Positions 12,601 through 24,559 of a stretch of 64,000 nucleotides of DNA are shown here, piece by piece (the first letter of the stretch is position 1; each line of letters starts with the position of its first letter). Position numbers and translations under genes: made by a program. The DNA comes from Sphagnum compactum (lineage: Eukaryota). The notes beneath the pieces are model-generated. The model saw only the letters and a program-made list of their open reading frames with translations. It did no database searches and was not told the origin of the DNA. The stretch is from NCBI GenBank assembly GCA_965153455.1, contig OZ234494.1, positions 806,001 to 870,000 of the forward strand. The letters run 5' to 3'.

Positions 12601-15600
12601 ATCTTCACTCTGGATACCAGACTGGGTAAAAAACTGAAATCCTTTGGCTCCTTCAGGGACCAAAGCTTGAAGCAAGCTTTGCACCAAAACTTGCTCAACT
12701 TCTTCAATCACAAGCAACCAAGTCTCTGGAAGCTCGGTTTTCCACACCAGTGGACTAGTCTTTGAGTTTCGACACTCCTCATCAAGGCTTTCCAAAGCCA
12801 GGGTCATACTCCAGAGAAAGCTACTGATGGCTGCTACTGGCACAAGCATTTCATACCACTGGGAAGAAGTTCCTCTACTTTGAAGGAAAATTTTCTTGAG
12901 TTTGTGTGCTCGGTTCAACAAAACTGAACACAACACAATGAGTGGTTCCTCGCAATCCACTAAACTATGATCCCTCAACTTTTTTTGTTTCTTGGCTGAT
13001 TTACTTGAGTGAGTTTGATGCTGGGTTACAAGAGGAGTTTTTGAAGTAGCCACTGAGGGAATTTCGGTTGATGACTTTGGACACAAGAGTGATCTCACCT
13101 CCAAATTGCAGATCTTCCCAACTGTTGACTCTATGATGGCGCATGTGCTCATCAGTAACGTATAAAGGATGCAAGTATCTTCTTGACCACGTATGCCACT
13201 TGTGTGATATGGCATGATCCAATCATCCATAAGATGATGTTGTTCCTTCACATAAGATCCCTTAAACACCTCGTCCAACAGGTATGATGCAACAATCTGT
13301 GGGACAAACAGTAGCCAATGAGAGGCCTTTGCACTACTGAAGAATGTTGACAGGTGTTGTGATTCTCCCCCCATATCAACCAAGCATTTGAGTGTGTTGT
13401 GGCAGGCACAGATGGCGATGAAGAAGCGACCGGGCAATGATGGAACCTCTGTCATTTCATGTTGAGGCGACTGTCCTGACTGACAACAGGCCACATGGTG
13501 CATGCTCTGAAGACTGTCAACTAAAAGCCTGCCACAAAAACCAAATGAAAAATTGATCAATCCCAAGCTGGAGAATTTTGGGTCTAACAACTCAAACTGC
13601 CAACACTTTCCCCTTGCAACAACAACAAACCAGACAACAAATACCATTTAACTGTCAGACACTGCAACGAGATGCCCTATGCAGACACATGACTTTTTTT
13701 CTGAAGGAAAAAACAACATGAAAGATTTGTTTACCACTGACATCATCAAAAGGAGAAACACCCAAACTTCCAGGATAAGGAACTCACTTTTCAACTCCAC
13801 AAATAACAGAACTGCACTGCACAGTATCCAGAGGATGTAGGTAACCCGAAGGAAGCAATGATAGCAGCCCAATTAACCTTATCAATTGACCAAATTCTTC
13901 CAGTTGAGCTCCTGTCCAAGATTCTGTCCAATTGGGTGACCGTGAATACATTGAGCTCATGTCGATAGGTTCCTGAGATCCCATTTGTGCTTTCAGTCTC
14001 TTCTTGAGAACTGCCCACTCCAGAAATTTGGACTCTGGTGATCTCCTCTGATCAACCACATGAGAATCCAATGGCTTGCACTTAAAGACCCTTAATGATA
14101 AACGCTTCACCTCTTCAAGAAATGCAGATGCAAAGACTTTGCGCAGGTCCTGGGGAGATGGTACGAGCAAAATATACCAACATGGTGTTAAGTATGGTCA
14201 AACATGAGGCCTAGAAAAAATGAAAGATGGAACAACATATGCTTGTGTATTTTTTGTCAGTTGTTAGACACACACCTGCTTACAAGTGAAATATAGAAAG
14301 CTTAACCTAATATGTGGTGATCTAGATGAGGAGGAATAAACAAGGAACCACAACAAAGAACAAAGGAGTTAAAGATGGGTTTCTATTGAAACCTCATTTT
14401 CAAAGAAGGCAACACTTGTAAGTACTTCCAGGGTGATGTCCTCCATGCAAATATGTGCAGAACCTTCGGTTTTGAAGGACCCAATCTTTGCCCTGAAACC
14501 TTCAGCAACTTGAAGCAAAATGGTGACAAATTGCTTCAAATGGTCTTCACTGGCATATGATGACCATACATCTGTTGTTTGACAAAAAAGGCGCCACCTG
14601 GAAAATATTAGATTAGTTCAGTAAAGCAGGGTGGAGACTCCTACTACGCTCTTCCCAGCCGAGTAATAAAACCAAAAGAAATGCAAAGCCATAAACTAAA
14701 AACTAGCCTGCTGATATGACAACCAAATGCACCGACAAAAATCATAGAAGTATGAACAGAAGTGAGAAACACACACTGTTCTGCTGACCGATTGTGTGTG
14801 TGTGTACAAGATGGAGAACAGTCTAATAAAGTGTTGGAAAAGAGAAGCTGGAGGGCAACACAGACAGGCACACATAGTACAAACCTAGCCACCGGTAGTG
14901 TGGTGGAAGTCAGGGTTGCCACAACAGAGTCCCACCCACAACTGCTTTCCTGGCCCATTCTATTGCTCAATTTGTGGACATCATTTGAATACACCTCAGG
15001 TTTGAGATCATTGAGCCCTTTCAATAAAAAGGCCACCAATTTTGTGCCCTCTCGATGAATTGATCGAAGCAACTTAGCAAATCTCTTTGTTGATCCATTA
15101 TTGCCTGACAAAAACTTCACTGCCTGTTGTTTCTCATGAAGGTCCACAAGGCTTTGTAACACAATCAAGTTGAGTGTGTACTGCAACTCAGGCACCCAGT
15201 CAAGCACATTTCCTCCAGATGACTTTTCAATCCGCTTCACAACTTTGGAAACCTTGACATGGCCTCTTTGAATGGGGCTAAAGAAGCCACTTCCTTTCAG
15301 CAATGCTATGATTTCAGCCTCATGGGCAGTCAGGTCAAGCACAGGCTCAAAAACTTTGGCCCTTGCTGTCTTCGCAGCCTTTGGCGCCATGAGGGATACA
15401 CACTGCCTGTGCAAACTTCGTGCAGCTGCGAACAATCGGAGTAGGAAAACTGATCTCCATGCGAGTGGAATACCATCAGCAATTTGTGGCTCTTCTTCAT
15501 CTGTATCACTTGGATCCTTGACTTGTTTCACATCTTCAAGACACCCATCCACCAGTTTTTTCAATGATGGACTGAGTACATTGATGAGTAAATCATTCAC

Positions 15601-18600
15601 TGCCCTTCCTGCAAGTAGGCTGAATGATACTGTGACATTTACATTGTTAAGAGAACAAATGTAGAGCTCAGTTAACCCTTTCATAATGCTATGAATGTTG
15701 TTTTCAGCTCCTTCATCCTCTTGATCATCAAATGTCTTGAGTGTTTCAGAGATGTCTGCTGACAGCTTCTTCAAAAACTGCATAATCTGACCTTCTGGAA
15801 GCTTCAATACAACCATCCCCATTGTAGCCAAAAAGGGCTTTGCACAAACAAACTTTTCCACACAATCTGTCACTGATTTGAAAGGCAGAGAACTTCTTAA
15901 ACTTCTTAATGTGACACAGAGATAAAAGATTGGAATGTCCACCTGGAGACCCAACAATAATGTCACCAGTTAAAAGAATAATTCCAGAGATATGGGCAAG
16001 ACTCAGAATGACCATAGGAACATTAGTTAGTAGGAAACACCAGTATCCTGCTAGTTTCTTTGCATATCACAAGTGTAGACATTGTAGAAAACACAAAGAC
16101 AAGATCAACTCCAGACCCACAACAGGGAACAACAAAAGAGAATAGAAAAGACCTGCCTGTCGCAAGTCACTGTAGATATCAAGTAGTCGACAACCGAATT
16201 TCAAGGCTTCTGTAAATATTGCTTCAGAGGAGGACGTATCAAGGCCCAGCATTTGGAACACAAATGTCCACAAATTTGCTACCTTTTCTTCAAACACATG
16301 GTACTCCAATTCAACAAGGTGATGGAGTGCAGAAATAACCTCCTGTGACAAAATACCAATTTCCTTCTGTCCTCCAGGTTCTGCAGATCTCATGTTCTTT
16401 TTTTGGGGGAAACTTGGACTCTTTGCCTTCAATAAAGCTGTCATTCCCACTGAAATCACTGAATTGTGGACTTCTTGCAAGAAATTGAAGTAAGTCAGTC
16501 CAGGAGTGTCTTCAATGGGCTTATAGGCATTAACCTCATTTCCTGCCTCAAGAAGTGAATTGACTGCTTGCAGTAACGAATGCATTTGCAGTAACTGAGG
16601 TCCATGCTGTCCTGACTCATTGCCATCATGACCCATGTCTAATACAAGTTGTTGCAAGTCCATAATGATTGGACTGAGAAGCTCGGCAAAAACATGAAAT
16701 ACTGCCTCACTCTCACCACCACCACCACCATGTTTTCTTGAAGCAGTCAAATCAGTTGTCTCCTCAGTCTTATCTACTACAGCTTCTTTAGCAGACTTTT
16801 TGTTTGCAATGTCATCTTTCCCTACTTCAGGATTGTTACCTACCAGAAAGAAGAAACACACCACACAAAATTAGACATAAACATCATACGTGGTCCTGGT
16901 CAAGTCATCACATTGTGAAGCACTTTGCACTTGAAAGACTCAATGTGATGGAATATCCATATGAAAGGATAAAGCCCTAATCTTACAGATAAGTCCATTG
17001 CTGAGGTACACCTTACACTACGAGGGTATTGACAGGACAATCAAAATATCTGATGTGATTGCGTCACACACTCACATACACCATCAGCTCAACTGCACCC
17101 AGGTTTACGGTATAGGGCTTGGGGTTGACCCTAAAACCCTGACCCTTCCTAAAAACAGCAAAAAAAAAGTAGGTCAAAAATTTGGCAACACTACCTGTGA
17201 TATCTCCATCTGGTTGCAGCTTTCCTTGACCCCGAACACCAAATACATCCTCAAATAAAGCCATCTGTTGTGCTCTCAAACAAAAGGCATACTCCTTAAA
17301 GAGAAACCCAAGCCCTTTTAACGCTTCAAGATTTCCATCTTTCTTGAGGTTGCTAAGTTTTTGAAACAATGCCATGTGATAGCTCTCTGACCGATTCCTC
17401 TTCCCCTCCACCCTCTGCTGCTCTTGCTGCATTCCTTTGACTCCTCTTAAAACCGTGCAAACTTCTGAAAACCCCTGGACAAGACTCGGATGAAACAAAC
17501 CAACTGCCAAGATTTCTTTGGCTGCTTTTACAATTCGTGACTGCAGCGATGATGGCCCCTCCTCTTTCTTGGGAGCTCGACTACCCGTGCCCCTCCTTCC
17601 AATGATTGTCAGCAACGGCTCTAGTAGCCTTGCAACAGTCACCTGAAAAACAAGTCTTGAATTTGGGTGCGATGTAACAGTCCTTACAAAAGCTTCAACA
17701 ATGATTGCAATAAGATGTTCTAAGGATGATGGGTGGTCCTTTGGCTGCCCAAAATTTTTCTCAAACAGTGCAAGAGCCGCTGTAGTCAAGGAAACCCAGT
17801 TATCTAGGTCGGCCCTGAAGGAACGCACATAAACAGATAGCAATAGTCTAACAACTTCAACTAACTCAATCATCAATTCGCCCATTGACTTCTCTGCAGA
17901 AGAACATGATGAAAGTCCACTATCAGCATGCACTAGAATTGCTGTTATTTGACGCATAAGTCCCTGAGAAATGCTTGTATTCTGATGCAGATAACCTGAT
18001 GACAAACACCACTTGAGAATGGACCAGTATCGGGGATCAAAGTGTGCAGAGAGCCCATGCTGTCGAAGCCCAGATTTGGAAGACTGAATGATGGACATCT
18101 CAACCCAGTTGAACACAAAACTGGCAACTTGGGGTGCTTTCATCCAGCCGGTCGCATTATTATGATCGCCTCCATCATGATCAAGAAAAGCACCAGTAGT
18201 TGCATTGTTGTGTGCACTTTGGGCTTCAATGAATTCCATTACAAGCTCAACCTTCCTGCTCCACAAAACATCAAACCATTGTCAACTACTGGATGTTATG
18301 ATCCATCTACGTCCTTCCCTAGGAGAGTTGATGAATCAATCAAACCCCAGAACCCTTTTAGACATGCTTAGGGTTTAGGGTTTAGGGTTTTGAGGCTCAG
18401 GGTCCATCATATGCCTCTCTCTGTTATAAAGAGATTCATCTGCTAATACAATAAAGGCGCAGTACACTCCAACAAACCAACAATGGGTGAATAACAAATC
18501 AGTAGGGAAGAGAACTTGATACACACAAAAACGACACACGTTCACAAGCAGCAGCAACCCTAAACCCATGCAACGAAAACAAAACAACGTGAATTTCACA

Positions 18601-19056
18601 CCTCTCTGAAGTTGTTGTTTGTTGCCGCAGAGCCTGAACAAGTTCAAGATTAGAATTCACAGAAATACGGCCGTCCTCCTCAGTTTCTCTTACTTGTTCT
18701 TCCACAAGCTTAACCTCCTCCTCCTCTTCCTTCTTCTTCTTCTTCTTCTTCTTCTTCACATTCCCTGTCGAATCCTCCAACGAGAAAAGACTCGAATCTG
18801 CCAATTCCTTTTGCTCCTCATCCTCCGTCTTGCTCACCTTTTTCCTCTTCTTACTCCTGGAACTTCCAGGAACAGAAGAAGAAGATTCAGGAGGTCCAGT
18901 ATTCGCCATTCTAAACTCTTCTTTCTTAAAAGAAGTTGAAGTTTCGAGTTTTGTCTTCGAACCCTTCTTCCTCTTCTTGTCCTCTCTTATCGCTTCCGGA
19001 GCTAACAGAACCTTGATTGGGTTTTCCTTCTCGGACAAGGCAGCCATGGGGGACAT
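9683..19056 (-). CDS. URB2: Nucleolar pre-ribosomal-associated protein 2 (Urb2/Npa2 family), ~2233 aa. Exons: 19056-18602, 18255-17195, 16839-16157, 15942-14885, 14597-14393, 14149-13788, 13528-11547, 11405-10949, 10833-10668, 10403-10300, 10147-10056, 9759-9683
   Basis: The long minus-strand ORFs join in phase at splice sites (sum 6702 nt). The C-terminus EVDSALRPGAYALLDACSTNDLQQLHAAFGEGGRRSALMTLRRDYDLHFKYTGKV* is the Urb2/Npa2 signature. The start could be 19056 or 19047. Two introns need GC donors. Confidence 0.9.
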
Positions 19057-19295
19057 GAGAAGCAGCACGAAGAATGGGAAAACTCAGGAAACAACGCGAG
19101 AGACAGAAGAAGACATACAGTGATTTAGGGTTAGGGTTGGGACCAAAGGGATTAGGGTTAGGACATACGTTTGTGTTCTTGTGCTTCTTCTGTGATCAAA
19201 ATCCTGAGTCCTGATCTCTGTCTCGGTGTTGGAAGAGATTTGATTCTTCGTTGCGGAATTTGAAGGGCTCGTTTGAGCCAAAGGTGAAGATCAAC
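19057..19295. promoter_or_regulatory. Compact bidirectional promoter/5'UTR region with telo-box-like (TTAGGGTT) motifs
   Basis: Only ~240 bp separate the divergent ATGs of URB2 and the L28 gene. TTTAGGGTTAGGGTT lies at ~19124 and ATTAGGGTTA at ~19151. Confidence 0.65.
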
Positions 19296-20257
19296 ATGTC
19301 CTCCGCTGCGAGAGTGGTAATGGGTCGTGCCAAACGAGGACTTTATGCAGGCAGACATATCCAGTTCGGGAACCAAGTCAGTGAAGACGGTGGTAACAAG
19401 TGAGTTCGTTCTTCTTCAACCTTCCTTCATTACAACCCCCGACCTAAATCGTTCGTGGTTTTTCATACCTTCCTTTTTTCTTGAATCTCAAGCGGTTTCT
19501 CGTAGCGCATATCATATCTGAATTCATGTTCTGGTCTTCCTTCTTCCTCTTGCTTGCTTACTCCTGTGTGACAGATCAAGTATTCATGTTTTTCTCGACC
19601 TAGGGTTAGGGTTTAGACCCCTGACCCTTCTGGGCTGGCCTGATCTTGCCCCCATTCCCTTTGAAGAAGTTTTGGAAACAGGTTGAAGAGGGCACTTCAT
19701 ATCTGAATTCATGTTCTGGTCTCCTTCTCCTTGATTACTTCTGTGTGACAGATCAAGTATTCATGTTTTTCTGGACTTAAGGATTAGGGTTTAGGCTTGA
19801 GTGGGTCTGGCCTCCTGGGCTCGCCTGATCTTGCCCCCGCCCCCCCCCTCCCGTTCAAGAAGTTTTGGAAATAGGTTGAAGAGACTCTTCTGCTAAGCAT
19901 ATCTAGGTGGGTCATGACAGAACAAGGAGAACATGGAAGCCCAATGTGCAAACCAAGCGGATATTCAGTTTTGGACTGGATCGACATATCCGCATGAATA
20001 TCACCATGCATGCACTTCGATGCATTGATAAGGCAGGGGGTTTTGATGAGTATGTTCTTACAACTCCTGACCACAAGCTTGACAATGATCAAGTCCGTGA
20101 ATGGAGGTCAATCATTGGAGCCATCTATGCTAAGCTTTACAATGTGCAAATTTCTACTTTGACAGTTAAACCTGGTTGTGAGGGTCAAGTTCCTCGCCAC
20201 CTTCAAGCACGGCTAAAAGGGGTCAGGTTAGAAGATTTGGAACCCCCAAAATTGTAA
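19296..20257 (+). CDS. Mitochondrial large-subunit ribosomal protein L28 family (bL28m), 146 aa. Exons: 19296-19399, 19921-20257
   Basis: The spliced product MSSAARVVMGRAKRGLYAGRHIQFGNQVSEDGGNKTRRTWKPNVQTKRIFSFGLDRHIRMNITMHALRCIDKAGGFDEYVL carries the L28 motifs. The GT-AG intron is in phase. Confidence 0.93.
19513..19883. repeat. Tandem duplication (~185 bp x2) inside the L28 intron
   Basis: CATATCTGAATTCATGTTCTGGTCT...CTGTGTGACAGATCAAGTATTCATGTTTTTCT...AGAAGTTTTGGAAA.AGGTTGAAGAG occurs at ~19513 and again at ~19698. Confidence 0.85.
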
Positions 20258-21289
20258 GCAGTCGACTTGAGGGAGCCAGAATCACTAAAGTCACTGAGTC
20301 TCAGCAATTTTTTTCCAGAAAACTCATTGATTTTTTGTAGCCTTGAACTCCTATTCTGTCATATGGAAACAAGGAAGATGACATATGTACACCACTGGAT
20401 GTCACCACTGTGTGGACTCTTATGTCAAGGGCTCCCAAGTTTCCATTGTATCACATATGCTCATCTGGCTGTGTGCACAACAGCAAAGATAAGTTTCATG
20501 TTTCCTAATCGACTTCCTCAGTGCTGCATTTTTACAAACAGATGTGCTCTAAATGCAGTGTGCACTTTGAGTTGGAGGTAACCTGCCCTGGCTCTTTGTT
20601 CTAAATTGTCAGTGCTTTTTTGCAATGGCAATATCTTGGTTTTTAGTTCTCCCTCCACTCTTACTGTTGTATCCTAGGATTATCTAAGACTACAACATGA
20701 CCACTTCCTCAGGACAATTACCTTCATCATGTGTTATTGTGGAGATTTCTGTGAATATATTTTCCAGTGGCTTTAGCAGACGTGCTGCTTCCATGTAGTC
20801 ACCAATGGTGTGCTTCATAGATATGTCCGTTGTAGGAGGCCTCAACCACAACCCTCTATATATGTCTCTCTATGCCTCAGGTTTAGATGCTTGCTTGTGC
20901 ACAGGGAAAAGCTAAATTGAAATGAAGCTTTACCCTCACAGAAATACTTATTGATTTTTTCAATTAGCTAATATGTCTCTTGAGTGGCAGCCAACATCAT
21001 GACTTGAGTCTTTTCCATTGCTCTTGAAAATGTGGCAAACACTCAGGACACAGGTTATGATTTTTTGCAAATTATTGTATACTATCGGTCTTCATTTGTT
21101 TTTCCTGTGCTGTGTATCATTCTATGTTGTTTCTTCCTATTGTGTGTGCACCTAACAAAAAAGCACAGGAAGACTGAGGCATTAACAAAAAAGCTGACAT
21201 TTTTCACATAGGAAGACTCCAGCCATGATACTGGCCAGTATTATGGCTGAGTCATCCTGTTGCTTCTAGACTTCTGCCGGCAGAAATTT

Positions 21290-21607
21290 AGTACACAGGT
21301 TAGTGGTTATACTGACCTATATATCAGTCCCCACTGTGGGGAACTTATGAAGTCAGAGGGGCAAGTTGTGATAGATAAGTCGCTATCATACATGTTACCT
21401 TTGATGGTCCCTGAACAAGTGAGAAACTGTCACTTTTGTCTGTTCTGTTTGTTTCCATTTCTCCGTTCGAGTTCATTCCTTCTGTGTTGTTCCTTCTTCC
21501 TGGTGCTGGAAGTCCTTAACAGGAAGACTTTCTTTGACTTCAAACAAAAAGTTTAAACCTTGTTCTGGCTTTCTTAATTAGGAGTATCAGGATTTCATGA
21601 GAGTCAT
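21290..21607 (+). repeat. Dispersed exon-like element, copy 1 (copy 2 at ~34535-34873, partial copy at ~35290-35440)
   Basis: Collinear shared blocks: GGTTAYACTGRCCTAT, ATGAAGTCAG, TGATAGAT..GCTATCATACATG, TTGATGGTCCCWGAACAAGTGAGARACTGTC, AGTCCTTA, TTTCTTTGACT, GAGTAT..GATTTC.TGA.A.TCAT. Confidence 0.75.
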
Positions 21608-22072
21608 TCTTTGATTATTGTCTACTTCAGGATCTATCTGCCTTTTGGCAGGTAATGAAGGCAGTAGGACAGGGGTAGGAAAGCTGATGATTATGAGTGA
21701 CACTTGTAATGTTTACATGACTACTCTCATTCTTGTTAGTATAGTGTCAGTTGTGTCAGTTTCACTTGAACTTTCAGAAAGGCTTATTTACCAGTGTTGA
21801 GTGGGTATTTGTTTCCATTAATACCCATCAGTTCCAGTTTTCGATAAAATCATAATCGGTCCATGGGTTCTGGTTAGTTCAAACATCTAGAAGAATCTTG
21901 AAGGTTTTTTCTCTGCAATCAATGTCACCAATATGCAATTTGTTTGCTGCTGTCAAATTTGTTAGTTTATCTAGAGATTTCACATTGCTAGAATATGAGA
22001 ACTAATTTGTACACCAACATCAACCGCTCCCTCTCACTCTCTCACACATACCCATTGTGTTCCTCATGAAAT

Positions 22073-22355
22073 TTATTTGAGTAACCTATCAATTGAGTTC
22101 TGAAGTAGAAGTTTCTTCATAAGGCGGTATTTTCTGGTCAACTGTAAGTGCTCGCTAGGAGGTGAGAGATCTAAACATGGTTGCTTAGTCTCACATCTAC
22201 TACTCCTACTACCCTGCTCTAGCAATACTCTGTCTTCATCAATTGTGGTGGGAAACGACCCTAACATCTGAAGGCACCGTAAGCTGACTGATAATTTTGC
22301 AATGAGCAAAGGTCTAGCTACTGTCTGTCCGGAGTCAGGGGAAGGAACTTTCTTC
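22073..22355 (-). pseudogene. Orphan terminal exon resembling the C-terminal Rubisco-LSMT substrate-binding region of SET-domain methyltransferases
   Basis: The frame CLQMLGSFPTTIDEDRVLLEQ...HLQLTRKYRLMKKLLLQNSIDRLLK* fits the FPTT.EED..LL / YR..KK.LL pattern, with a plausible acceptor at 22356-22357. I found no upstream SET exons. Confidence 0.6.
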
Positions 22356-22483
22356 CTTTACAATATATAATTACCTCATTTTCAACCCTAATAACTATCT
22401 ATCTGTGATTCTTATAACTACCTCACTCCATTCCTAATAAATAAAGAACACGCCACAAAGAAAAAAAGAAAGGATCCAAGTCC

Positions 22484-23336
22484 AAACAAGAGACCACACT
22501 CGAAAGTGCAGAACACACAATGGTGAGCCCTAAGAGCAGAAAACATAAAACCAAGGACCTAAACAAGAGACCACATTCGAAAGTGCAGAACACATAATGG
22601 GGAGCCCTAAGAGCAGAAAACATGAAACCTAGGACCTAAACAAGAGACCACACTCCAAAGTGTAGAACACACAAGTGGGGAGCCCTAAAAGCAGAAAACA
22701 TGAAACCTATGACCTAAACAAGAGACTACATTCAAAAGTGCAGAACACACAATGGGGAGCCCTAAGAGCAGAAAACATGAAACCAAGGACCTAAACAAGA
22801 GACCACATTCGAAAGTGCAGAACACATAATGGGGAGCCCTAAGAGCAGAAAACATGAAACCTAGGACCTAAACAAGAGACCACACTCCAAAGTGTAGAAC
22901 ACACAAATGGGGAGCCCTAAGAGCAGAAAACATGAAACCTAGGACCTAAACAAGAGACCACACTCGAAAGTGCAAAACACACAATGGGGAGCCCTAAGAG
23001 CAGAAAACATGAAACTTAGGACCTAAACAAGAGACCACACTCCAAAGTGTAGAACACACAAATGGGGAGCCCTAAGAGCAGAAAACATGAAGCCTATGAC
23101 CTAAACAAAATACTACACTCGAAAATGCAAAACACACAATGGCGAGCCCTAAGGCAGAAAATATGAAACCTAGGACCTAAACAAGAGACTACACTCGAAA
23201 ATGCATAACACACAATGGGGAGCCCTAAGAGCAGCAAACATGAAACTTATGACCTAATCAAGATACCACACTCGAAAGTGTAGAACACACAATGGGAAGC
23301 TCTAAGAGTAGAAAACATGAAACCTAGGACCTAAAC
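22484..23336. repeat. Minisatellite, 77-78 bp unit, ~11 copies
   Basis: The unit AAACAAGAGACCACACTCGAAAGTGCAGAACACACAATGGGGAGCCCTAAGAGCAGAAAACATGAAACCTAGGACCT starts at ~22484, 22561, 22638, 22716, 22793, 22870, 22948, 23025, 23103, 23179 and 23256. Confidence 0.97.
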
Positions 23337-23484
23337 CCATCATCAACAGTTGTGCAAAAAGATGGGCGAAAAACTTGAAAAGACACCAAGCTTAGAAGTA
23401 GCCTCTCTAGCCGCCACAACTGCCTGATGCAAGATAGTGGTAGCCTCAATAACTATCTCTTGTCCTATGACTATCATAGCCTAT

Positions 23485-23709
23485 GGTCAATTTTCACATT
23501 AAGAAAATGAATAATTATTATTTTTCAACAAATAAATTCGTTCTTAAAATTTGAAATATATTTTCCCATCATCTATTATAATATTGTGATCTCAGAATTT
23601 ATTCAGAGTGTAACCTATGATAATTAGGATGATTTTCAACATGTCAACTTCACATTTTCACAAATTTTCATTTCACTATTTTGAGGATTATTTAATGACA
23701 AAATTGACC
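23485..23709. mobile_element. Tourist-like MITE (~225 bp)
   Basis: Terminal inverted repeats GGTCAATTTTCACATTAA ... TTAATGACAAAATTGACC resemble the termini of the adjacent Harbinger element. Confidence 0.55.
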
Positions 23710-24559
23710 TTAGGATAAAATATTTCACCCCTTTCTTTTACCCACCAACATGGATATGAAAAGGCAAATTAACACATGTGCCTTTCCATTTCCATGATAT
23801 TTATATTAATTGAAATTAAATTTAACATTTAAATAAATAATGATGAATTGTTAATCATCATATGGGAACATAATAAAGGTCGGTTCAAACCTATGGATAC
23901 GCTTCTACTATTTGTAGGGTATTTTTTTGAGCTTGTTTTTTCATCATCATTTTGATGTTTTCTTTGTAGGAAGTTTTTCTTTGTCTTATGATTCATCAAT
24001 AACATTCTTTCATTTCATTTGCAAATCATCTTGCTCACAATTCTTTTTTTGGGGTATTTTGTTTCAATTGTTTATGAAAGTTGTTCAGGAAAGCTTCTTG
24101 ATATCTTTGTAATTCATTAATATTTTCTCTTTTTATTTCCTTTTGGCATTTTCTGCAAGGTTTCGTGATTCAACTTTGTTTTTTCCAACATCAACATTTT
24201 CATGTTGAAGTCTCTTTGTTTCATTTATTTTTGTTCAACATAATGAGGCCACTACAAATTGTTCTACTTACGTTGCTTTTTCAACTTGTTATTCAAACAC
24301 AAGATTTGTTGATTCCTATTCATTTCCATAATGAGTTTGGGTCTAACTTTTTTTATTTCTTGCATGAATTATAGTTATTTCCTTTTGATGTCAACAGAGA
24401 TATGAATTGCAAGTTCATGTTTGAAACAATGGTTAATGCTTTGATTTTGCATGACTACATAATTTCTTATGTTGATGAATTGTTGTTAAATCAAAAATTT
24501 GGTGATTGGATTAAGATTAGATTGATTACTCGGTACTTTCAATTCCTTATGATTCAATA

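Noticed and set aside
18368-18390. Telomeric repeat or chromosome end
   Set aside because: Only 2-3 TTTAGGG units inside an intron, consistent with telo-box-type motifs rather than a telomere.
11030-18939. Plus-strand ORFs overlapping URB2 exons
   Set aside because: They are antisense shadow frames of long coding exons with no independent motifs.
22484-23336. CRISPR-like regular array
   Set aside because: The units repeat end to end with no unique spacers, there are no cas genes, and the context is eukaryotic. It is a minisatellite.
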